This document shows, piece after piece, positions 42,959 to 50,910 of a stretch of DNA of 64,000 bases. The notes under the pieces were generated by a model. The model saw nothing but the letters and a program-made list of their open reading frames with translations. It had not been told where the DNA came from and ran no database searches. The position numbers and the translations under genes are program-made. The first letter of the stretch is position 1, and the number at the start of each line of letters is the position of its first letter. The stretch is taken from IMG/VR virus record IMGVR_UViG_3300044957_000763, positions 186,001-250,000 of that record; one strand, written 5' to 3'.

Positions 42959-44239
42959 ATGAAACAAAAAACTAACTGGATTCACCTCGCTGTCATTTTT
43001 TCAATGACGCTTCTTTGTCGATTGATGCCACATGAATGGGGTTGGGCACCCACCGTCGCCATGAGTGTGTTATCAACATGCTTGTTTGGTCTGCTGGCAT
43101 TACTCCCAATTTTGCTCGGGCAATTTTGCTCAGACCTTTATTTTGGATTTTACGATGCGCCGGCTATGATTGGGACATATGCCGGATATGTTATGGCTGG
43201 CATATGTGGTATTTGGGCTGGAAAAAAGCAGCAAACATTATCAACGATTGGCTTTGCGTTTACTGCATCTTCCGGCTTTTTTGTCTTGTCTAATTTTGGG
43301 GTTTGGATGACTCCGTATTATGAACACACTTTACAAGGTCTCTCAAATTGCTATGTGGCGGCTCTGCCGTTCTGGAAAAATCAACTCGTAGCTGATTTGT
43401 TTTTGTCAACAGCGACAGCGTTGATGTTGTTCTACAGACCAAAGACGAAGCCAATATATACAATGGCTCGTCGCAAAGCTGGTTTTACGCTCATAGAACT
43501 ACTCGTAGTCATTGCAATCATCTCGACTCTGGCTGCAATCCTCTTCCCTGTCTTTTCTCAGACTAAAGCGGCCGCGAAAAAGACTCAGTCGATTGCATAT
43601 ATCAAACAAATCAATCTGGCAAGCATGATGTACACAAATGACAATGATGGTATATTGATGCGTGACCACATCAATGGCAATGGCAAAACATACTATTGGT
43701 GGGGGAGTTGGGATGGTTCTGTATTGAACCAACAAGAAAGCTATCTTTATCCATACACAAAGAATCATGAAATAGCCAAAGACCCTGTTTTCCCAGATAC
43801 ATTCAGGACTGCACTTGGCCTAACTGGATATGGCTACAACTATGCATATTTGTCTCCTAGTAATTACGACTCAAACTGGAATGAAATACCAGTGTCAGTA
43901 TCTGATACGAGTGCCGGAAGTCCTATTGAGACAATCACATTCGCCACTGCTGCGCGCATTAACAACTGGTCTTTCAGTACATGGAAACTAGAGGGCAATG
44001 CGCTCATTGACCCACCTAGCTACGAATTCCCAGGAGTACATGCGAGACACGTTGGAAACAAAGCGATTTTGGCCTGGCTTGATGGTCACGCAAGTTCAAT
44101 CAGTGTGACTCAGAGAAGCCAAGCATTTGGATATGGATTTATCCCAGACTGGTTTGTTAAGTCCAATCTGGGCGATGTTATAAAGTCTGGTTGTGGCTTT
44201 GGTTCAGTCTGTCAGGACTACTACTACGACCTCGACTGA
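42959..44239 (+). CDS. Fusion of DUF6580-like membrane protein and prepilin-type N-terminal cleavage/methylation domain protein
   Basis: CRLMPHEWGWAPTVAM...FFVLSNFGVW...CYVAALPFWKNQL, then in frame RRKAGFTLIELLVVIAIISTLAAILFPVF...LAWLDGHA. Confidence 0.85.
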   Translation: MKQKTNWIHLAVIFSMTLLCRLMPHEWGWAPTVAMSVLSTCLFGLLALLPILLGQFCSDLYFGFYDAPAMIGTYAGYVMAGICGIWAGKKQQTLSTIGFAFTASSGFFVLSNFGVWMTPYYEHTLQGLSNCYVAALPFWKNQLVADLFLSTATALMLFYRPKTKPIYTMARRKAGFTLIELLVVIAIISTLAAILFPVFSQTKAAAKKTQSIAYIKQINLASMMYTNDNDGILMRDHINGNGKTYYWWGSWDGSVLNQQESYLYPYTKNHEIAKDPVFPDTFRTALGLTGYGYNYAYLSPSNYDSNWNEIPVSVSDTSAGSPIETITFATAARINNWSFSTWKLEGNALIDPPSYEFPGVHARHVGNKAILAWLDGHASSISVTQRSQAFGYGFIPDWFVKSNLGDVIKSGCGFGSVCQDYYYDLD

Positions 44240-44240
44240 G

Positions 44241-45413
44241 TTACTTGACGCCGAATACCGACTTCAGATACCTGAGGTATTCGGCGTCTTCACAAGTGGC
44301 CTTTTCGGGTTCGTCGCTGATTTTTGCTACGGGCTGACCGTTGCAACTTGCCATCTTCATTACAATGCTTACTGGCTTTACGTCGTCTCGGCATTTGTTG
44401 GTCAGATATGTTCCGATTCCACACGAGACGTTGATTTGGTCTCCCCATGTTTTGGTCAAATCGAAGGCACGTTCAAAATCAAGATTGTCGCTTGGAATCG
44501 CGGATTTCGTCTTAGGGTCGATGCGTAAAGACTTGTAGTGTCGGATAACTTTGTCAATAGTTACGTCCATATCACCAGAGTCAAGACGACATCCATCGTA
44601 CAGCTTGGCCAAATAAAGGTCAAAGTCATTCAAGAACGCATCAATGCCTATAGTATCGGTGAGTGCGTATCCAAGGTCGCCCCTGTATTCTGAAGACCAC
44701 GCTTCAAGCATGTATTTCTGGTGATTGGCAAGCCTGGTTTGCGGCATTCCTTGTCCGGCCATAATCCACTGATGTGCCATTGTGCCGATAGGATTTAGCC
44801 CATATTTCATGGCGAAGTAAACGTTTGATGTACCCACGAGGTGTTCGCCACACTGTCGCTTTAGGTCTTGCACAACTTGTTCGTGCCATGCTCGAGAAAG
44901 CCTTCGGCGGGTTCCAAATTCAGAGAATCTAAAATTCCCTGGCGCACGCATTTTGAATAGGTTAAGTTTTCGATTTTGGATTTCTTGGTCGCCCAGTGCA
45001 TCCGCAACACCGCACTGCATCTCTGTGTTTAATTCGCTCACAATAGCTAAGATTGGCACTTCCCAGTAAATGTTGTGCAGCCAACTTCCTGTTGCTGAAA
45101 TCTTTAGTTCACCCGAATCGTCTACGCGAACTGTAACATTTTCAGGGTTCGGTCTGAACATCCTCAAAAATTCAACATAGTCGCGCTTGATAAAACGCAA
45201 ACTGCCGATGAAGTCAAGTTCATCCTTGGTGTATGACAAGTCTCCCAATGCATTGATTTCATCACGAACTCGATTGGCTAATTTGTCCAGTCCGGCGCGT
45301 GGTGTGCGACAATTGAACTCGAAACGTGTTTGAGCTGCTGGGAATTGATGCAAAACTGCTTGTTGCATCGTACAAACATACAAATCCAAGTCTGCCAGTG
45401 AGCGGATAATCAT
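44241..45413 (-). CDS. pncB: Nicotinate phosphoribosyltransferase
   Basis: LADLDLY, EFGTRRR, GTSNV, GTMAHQW, ALTDT, RLDSGD, SDNLD, GIGT, KISDEPEKA. Confidence 0.95.
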   Translation of the reverse strand: MIIRSLADLDLYVCTMQQAVLHQFPAAQTRFEFNCRTPRAGLDKLANRVRDEINALGDLSYTKDELDFIGSLRFIKRDYVEFLRMFRPNPENVTVRVDDSGELKISATGSWLHNIYWEVPILAIVSELNTEMQCGVADALGDQEIQNRKLNLFKMRAPGNFRFSEFGTRRRLSRAWHEQVVQDLKRQCGEHLVGTSNVYFAMKYGLNPIGTMAHQWIMAGQGMPQTRLANHQKYMLEAWSSEYRGDLGYALTDTIGIDAFLNDFDLYLAKLYDGCRLDSGDMDVTIDKVIRHYKSLRIDPKTKSAIPSDNLDFERAFDLTKTWGDQINVSCGIGTYLTNKCRDDVKPVSIVMKMASCNGQPVAKISDEPEKATCEDAEYLRYLKSVFGVK

Positions 45414-45434
45414 GTTAACAGTATACCCAAGACA

Positions 45435-45947
45435 TCAGGAGTTGTCAAGCACTTCTTGCGACGTTTTACAACACGCCACCATGTCCTCGCCGGCTTCATG
45501 TGCGCAATCTCTCATTGAAACAAGGTCTTTGCTTGTGATTGGCATGCTAAATTCTTTGCACACCGCGCGATAAGTTTGTATTTTCTTTTGCTTGGCTTGT
45601 TGAAGCCGGGCATGTAATACAGCCAGTTCTTCTTCAATTTGTGCTATTTCACATTCAATCTCTTCAATTTGTTTAATACCAATAGGATTGGTGACAGCGT
45701 GGATACTATCGTTATATTGATGAAAGTTAATACGGTCCATCCAGTTGCTTGGGTTTTGAGCACCGTTGTTAGTCAGGCCCCATCTTCCCCTTGAGCGTTC
45801 AAGAACCCCGGAATTGTATGTTGGTGAGACCCACAATGTATCACCCTTTTCACCCCAGTGTGTTATGAAAACCAAAGGGTGACCCTTGGGCCAATGATAC
45901 TCAATCGGATTAGAGCCGTATATTCTTTTTACGGATTCAGGCATCAT
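45435..45947 (-). CDS. Hypothetical coiled-coil protein
   Basis: ORF starting MMPESVKR after TATAAT; divergent from 45978. Confidence 0.65.
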   Translation of the reverse strand: MMPESVKRIYGSNPIEYHWPKGHPLVFITHWGEKGDTLWVSPTYNSGVLERSRGRWGLTNNGAQNPSNWMDRINFHQYNDSIHAVTNPIGIKQIEEIECEIAQIEEELAVLHARLQQAKQKKIQTYRAVCKEFSMPITSKDLVSMRDCAHEAGEDMVACCKTSQEVLDNS

Positions 45948-45980
45948 GTTATTATACCGCGCACGTGCTATAATAACATG
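45945..45980. promoter_or_regulatory. Symmetric back-to-back leaderless promoters
   Basis: Perfect 12-bp inverted repeat CATGTTATTATA/TATAATAACATG; each side reads TATAAT-AAC-ATG-ATG. Confidence 0.65.
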
Positions 45981-46742
45981 ATGAAGCCCAAATACGAAGA
46001 TATGGATGCAACATTGCGCTTGGTCAAAGGTGGCAAGCTCTATTACAGAAAGTGGTTTATGGATGAGCGACAAGGAGAGGTCTTTGATATTACCGACCGA
46101 CCGATTAGATTCTTGATGTATGATTGTGAACTAGATGCAGGCGTTACTTTACGAGATGTGTTTGACCTAATCGAAGCAAACATAGACGACCTGGAGCCAA
46201 TTTTGGGGAACTGGGTAAAGGAGTTTGTGGATGAATCCAAGCAACCATATGAGCCCGGCGAAGACAGGGAGATGGAGAGTTTGGAAATGTACTGGTTCCT
46301 GGAATCTGACGCAGAGTTCGGCACAGATGGCATGGCGTTCCCCTCCTTTCATGGTATTGGAAAGAACGGCGAGAAGTATGGAGTCGATTTTTCTTCTTGT
46401 CATACACTGATGGAATTGCCGCTTAAACTGAAGGCAGACGCAGAAATGTACCGCCGCGATTATAGGCACAAATCAGACGGTTCGTCAACTATTACATTGC
46501 CTAAGGTTGGGTACACACTCATGCATATTTTGTATGGAATCATCTGGGAACTTTCATTTTTCGGACCGCCCAAGAAACGAGACGAAGAGGTCAAGAAGTT
46601 GATGAACATAGCAGAAGACGCCAAACTGCATCCTGAAAAACTCATACCTTTAGATGAAGTTTTGAAAAAAATTGAGGCAAAACAAGAAAATCCAAAAAAA
46701 GACAATCAGGGCCTTGACAACGCAAATACCGATGTGGTTTAA
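45978..46742 (+). CDS. Conserved phage hypothetical protein
   Basis: VTLRDVFDLI...ILYGIIWELSFFGPPKKRDE. Confidence 0.75.
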   Translation: MMKPKYEDMDATLRLVKGGKLYYRKWFMDERQGEVFDITDRPIRFLMYDCELDAGVTLRDVFDLIEANIDDLEPILGNWVKEFVDESKQPYEPGEDREMESLEMYWFLESDAEFGTDGMAFPSFHGIGKNGEKYGVDFSSCHTLMELPLKLKADAEMYRRDYRHKSDGSSTITLPKVGYTLMHILYGIIWELSFFGPPKKRDEEVKKLMNIAEDAKLHPEKLIPLDEVLKKIEAKQENPKKDNQGLDNANTDVV

Positions 46743-46804
46743 TCAATCTTCAAACGCAATCGACTACTCGACACGAGTTTTGAAGAAATGTGTATAATAA
46801 ACAC

Positions 46805-47815
46805 AGCACTTTGACAGTTTAATAGAATTTCGGCGGTATGGCGTCGGACAAAAAGATATTGCATCGCAAGATGCAGAAAGGGACCAGGTTCTTCAGACCC
46901 CCGCCTTGTAAGTTCGCTTATGAGGTCAGCCATGCAAGTCCAACTTCCTTGGGTTTCGCGCTTCACGGTGCGGAACTAAGCCCCCGCGAAGGGGCGCGAC
47001 AGAAGATGGAGGATAAATGTTGTCAGTGGCCTGGCCGACGGTGAAGCCATTGACAATCATGACACGGCAGTGTCATAAAACCTCACGCAAAACATCGGTG
47101 TCTAAGAAGTCAAGGATAGCCTCGGGGTTCGAGTTGTTGCAGACAAGGGCTTCGTGAGATTTACCTTCGGGTACTTCTTTAGCATAACCAAAGGCAAGAG
47201 CATTGCGGTATAGAATGTAACAGTGGTTACACACTGACCTATTCCATGATGCAGGCGTCTTGAAGTTGAGCAGAGTAGCACGGCAATGTGAAATGTAATA
47301 TTCGGCGTGTTGTATTCGGTAGACCGAAAGGTTTATGGAGCAGCAGCGCGCGCACGTCGAACTGAAGTAGCAAACTAGCTCATTCGGTAGAGCAGTTCCT
47401 TTCAACGGAACAGGTAGTTGGTTCAAGCCCAACGCTTGCAAAAATGCGAAAGCCGCGTGCCGCACAAAACGAAAATGGCTTACTTCCTGAGTGGCAACAT
47501 GTCAGGAGCGACGACAACTCGCAAGGTTGTGGTTGTGTTGGTGAGAACGAAAGATGGTGGGGAGCCCCCCTTTACTGCCCGGCAGGGTAGACGGCAATTA
47601 GAACTTGCTCAGTAGTTTTGTGAACAGGCTCGATAAGCCAATCGAGCATAAACAATGGCAGTCATGCCGACTGACTGGTAGCAATACCAGTGGACAAGCT
47701 GGCAAGCGATGCGCAGACATCGTGTAATCCAGTATGGCGAGTCGGATATGTAGGTGTAGTCTCGACCTGCATGCAGTCCCAGAACCCTGGCCTTGTGTCA
47801 GAGTTCTGGGACTTT
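46805..47815 (+). ncRNA. Giant structured ncRNA, GOLLD-like
   Basis: TGTGTATAAT at 46789-46798; ~1 kb rich in UUCG/GNRA-capped hairpins; embedded tRNA-like element; intrinsic terminator at the 3' end. Confidence 0.65.
47369..47441 (+). tRNA. tRNA-like element with UCA anticodon embedded in the giant ncRNA
   Basis: GCTC-ATTCGGTA-GAGC D arm, GTTCC-TT TCA AC-GGAAC, GTTGG-TTCAAGC-CCAAC; acceptor 5/7 paired, no CCA. Confidence 0.6.
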
Positions 47816-47820
47816 TTTGT
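47775..47820 (+). terminator. Intrinsic terminator
   Basis: AGTCCCAGAAC/GTTCTGGGACT followed by a T-tract. Confidence 0.8.
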
Positions 47821-47996
47821 TTGTCTATTGACATAGGTTTTGATATGTGCTAGAGAAGCCACCATCCAGCTTGCTCAATCGGAAAACACCAAGATTGTGG
47901 TTATTGGTCAGGGCAAGGACGGACTGCCTTTGATTCTCAGCGGCGCAGACAAATAAGCTGTTGATATTTGTGCGGGTATGTGGTAGTATTCACACC

Positions 47997-48464
47997 ATGG
48001 ATGCAACTACATATCCCGCCTCTTTTTTAGACGTTCCACCATCAGAGCGGCGGCCAATGACAGAAGATGAAACCAAGAGCTTTATGTCGGCTATTTTGGC
48101 AGACCTTCAAGATAACAAACCTGGTGACTTTTCTAACATTGAGGGCACTCTTACGTATGCCACTATTGTTCACAGACTGAAGACTGCCGGCGTTAATTTA
48201 AGCGTCGGTGGTCTTTTGGGTCTAGTGGCCTGGACTAACGGCCGACCTGGAGATATGGTGATGTGGGCATACACCGCCAGTCAAATTGCAAAGTCGTCTG
48301 GTACCAAGCTGATTACATGTAATGATTTGGTGGAGGCTTTTCCTTTTGGTATTCCAACTGAAGAAGCTCGCAAGAAGATTTGGGAAGCGCAGAAAGTACC
48401 ATTCGATGAAATCAAAAATGGCATGTCTGACAATTATTTGGATATGCTCGAATTCTGGTCGTGA
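47997..48464 (+). CDS. Hypothetical protein
   Basis: ORF from MDATTYPA. Confidence 0.7.
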   Translation: MDATTYPASFLDVPPSERRPMTEDETKSFMSAILADLQDNKPGDFSNIEGTLTYATIVHRLKTAGVNLSVGGLLGLVAWTNGRPGDMVMWAYTASQIAKSSGTKLITCNDLVEAFPFGIPTEEARKKIWEAQKVPFDEIKNGMSDNYLDMLEFWS

Positions 48465-48581
48465 TGGTTTTGGCGGAAAGTTGTATAATATTGGTGCGCT
48501 GGTAAAATAGCGACACTAATCCTCGGCAGAATGCACACATGCTGCCAAACAGACCGAATGAGGATAAGGTCAAGGAGAAAA

Positions 48582-49556
48582 ATGGTGTATAGTAATAACT
48601 GTGTTTTGGCGGTGCTGGTTAATGGCACTCCATGTCAAGAACTGGCAAATGGTTCAGTTCCCATCCCGTTCAATTCGGAATATGTTATCCGAGTTCGCAA
48701 CAAAGACAAAAAGCGACGAGTAGTTGCCAAAATCTTTGTAGACGGAGAAAATGTCGCTGAAGGCGGCATCATCGTAAACCCCAACAGCTATGTTGACCTA
48801 GAAGGTCCTGTTGATTTGCATAAACGATTTAAGTTTGTGTCTCTTGATAGTCCTGATGCAGTCGACTTCGGCAAAAACGGTTCCAACCCAGACAAGTCTA
48901 AGGGCTTGATTGAGGCTCACTTTCACTTTGAGAAAGAAGCGAAGAAGGCTGAAGAGCATCACCACCATCATTATCATGATTGGCCTTGGTGGTTGCCATC
49001 GAGGCCTTATAATCCACAGCCAGGACCGTATGGCCCGTATTGGCGTGGTAATCGCTTAGGCACCTGTGGCACGAGAACATCTAACATAACCAGAGGCATG
49101 AGCTATGGAATGTCTTTGGGCAATGATAATCTCAATGATTCATTGGACTTGTGTGACCAAAGTGTTTCATATTCAGCGAACGCACAAAACTTCAATCGAG
49201 AAGGTCTTTCTGCGAATTCTATAATGGCTTGTTCTGCAAAGCCATTGCAAGATGGATGCACAGTTGAAGGTTCGTACACTGGTCAATCGTTCAATTCGAT
49301 GTACTTGGATTACGAATCAGAAGCAACTGTGCTGAAGATTTTCTTGCAGGGCTTTGAACCTGGTGTGGTCGCAGTTCAATCGACTCAAAAGCCCAGTCCA
49401 TTGCGACGCAAAAAGTCCACTGAAACAGAGGCGGATTGTGAAGACGCTGAGCTAAAAGCATTGCGAGAAAAGAATGTCGCACTGCAAAAAGAAATTGAGC
49501 TTCTAAAAGCTAAAGCACTTGAAAAAGAACTTGCGCAACTGAAAACTAGTTCCTAA
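48582..49556 (+). CDS. Conserved jumbo-phage hypothetical protein
   Basis: AGGAG RBS; EYVIRVRN...IFVDGENV...GLIEAHF; His/Pro-rich linker; GCTVEGSYTGQSF. Confidence 0.75.
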   Translation: MVYSNNCVLAVLVNGTPCQELANGSVPIPFNSEYVIRVRNKDKKRRVVAKIFVDGENVAEGGIIVNPNSYVDLEGPVDLHKRFKFVSLDSPDAVDFGKNGSNPDKSKGLIEAHFHFEKEAKKAEEHHHHHYHDWPWWLPSRPYNPQPGPYGPYWRGNRLGTCGTRTSNITRGMSYGMSLGNDNLNDSLDLCDQSVSYSANAQNFNREGLSANSIMACSAKPLQDGCTVEGSYTGQSFNSMYLDYESEATVLKIFLQGFEPGVVAVQSTQKPSPLRRKKSTETEADCEDAELKALREKNVALQKEIELLKAKALEKELAQLKTSS

Positions 49557-49566
49557 CTGTGGTACA

Positions 49567-50106
49567 ATGAGTGTGGCAAAAATCTGCCACACTCATTGTA
49601 TGAAACCTAGTGACAAATATCTAAAGAGACCAACACGTCTTGGAGAAGGTGTGTGGTTGACAGACACAAAATGGGCACACAATGTTGGGACCGTCTTGCG
49701 TGTTGCTGCGTGTTACGGTATGCCCGAGGTGTGTGTATCCGGCAGTCGCATAATTGACGAAGTTGATACCATCGACCGAATTCCTAGAGAAGAGCGTCTG
49801 CGCGGCTATTCCATGGTAGACCTGTATCACCACAATGACCCATTTTCTATTTTGGATGAAGATGTGGTACCGGTGGCGATTGAGTTTAGGCCTAATTCAT
49901 ATGATTTGTTTGAGTTCAAGCATCCAGAAAAAGCCGTATATATCTTCGGCCCCGAAGACGGCACGCTTGGTCGAAGTATCTTAACCAAATGTCATCACTT
50001 TGTTCGGATTGATACGATGGAGTGCTTGAATCTGGCCGTAGCCGTTGGTACAGTTTTGTATGACCGTGCGTGCAAAGAGCACGCTAAAAGGTTGGTGATG
50101 GCATGA
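49567..50106 (+). CDS. SpoU/TrmH-family RNA methyltransferase
   Basis: HNVGTVLRVAACYG, YIFGPEDGTL, CLNLAVAVGTVLYDR. Confidence 0.85.
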   Translation: MSVAKICHTHCMKPSDKYLKRPTRLGEGVWLTDTKWAHNVGTVLRVAACYGMPEVCVSGSRIIDEVDTIDRIPREERLRGYSMVDLYHHNDPFSILDEDVVPVAIEFRPNSYDLFEFKHPEKAVYIFGPEDGTLGRSILTKCHHFVRIDTMECLNLAVAVGTVLYDRACKEHAKRLVMA

Positions 50107-50192
50107 CAGATATTGAGTTTAATCCAATCACATTCGCGTTTCAGGTTGTAGAAAAAGCACACCCTGACTTGAAATTTGAATTTCATTTCGAA

Positions 50193-50909
50193 TTACACGC
50201 TGACCCAAATACTTAGTTCATCTCCATTGGTTCCGCCAGATACATCGAGAGTCCTTAGGTCAGTAAATAATGACAATACACCGTGCGTAATTGTTGTACT
50301 TGTGCCGGCTTCTGTATTTGCAGCAACCAACATGCCAACATTGACATCTTCTTCTAGTTCAGTTGTCAATCCAATGGTAAGAGATATATTTCCAGGTCCT
50401 ATATTGACGTCTGCTCTTACCTCTAACCCTGAAGGCAACTCAATTCCTGGCGCAACAACATTGACAACCCAAATTCCACCTGTTTTCACCGCTGTTGCGA
50501 GTCTTATAACGAGTTCCTGATTCATTTCTCGTCGCCATAATTGTCTAAACATGTCGTTCCACGGTACGGTATGGCTGGCATCGCTGCCATCATAATATTC
50601 TCGCATGCCAATCTCAAATGTTTGCCTGAAATAATTATCAATGGCGCCAACAGATAACGACAAGCTATCTCGCAAGCTATCTACCATACTAGTTTCATTA
50701 AGCCTCATACTCTCCGCAAGTTGTCTGATTCGGTCGAACTCTACTGAGTTTAACGTAGTGCCTTCCTCATACACTAGTGTTCGTGCTTCTATCATGCGCT
50801 CAAGGACAGAGCCATGGTATAGTTCGCTAACCATGTCGTCTATTTCAAACTCGGCCGCACCTAAAAAGTCAGCTAGTTCAGTGATTGTTGTTACGTCGTA
50901 TAGTGCCAT
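50193..50909 (-). CDS. Putative structural protein, paralog family A (copy 3)
   Basis: MALYDVTTITELADFLG vs MALIDPSDITELTDRLG; GIELPSGLEVR shared. Confidence 0.8.
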   Translation of the reverse strand: MALYDVTTITELADFLGAAEFEIDDMVSELYHGSVLERMIEARTLVYEEGTTLNSVEFDRIRQLAESMRLNETSMVDSLRDSLSLSVGAIDNYFRQTFEIGMREYYDGSDASHTVPWNDMFRQLWRREMNQELVIRLATAVKTGGIWVVNVVAPGIELPSGLEVRADVNIGPGNISLTIGLTTELEEDVNVGMLVAANTEAGTSTTITHGVLSLFTDLRTLDVSGGTNGDELSIWVSV

Positions 50910-50910
50910 A

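Noticed and set aside
47073-47465. 130-aa minus-strand ORF
   Set aside because: No recognisable motifs, and tetraloop polarity, the embedded tRNA, promoter and terminator all point to a plus-strand RNA; not fully excluded.
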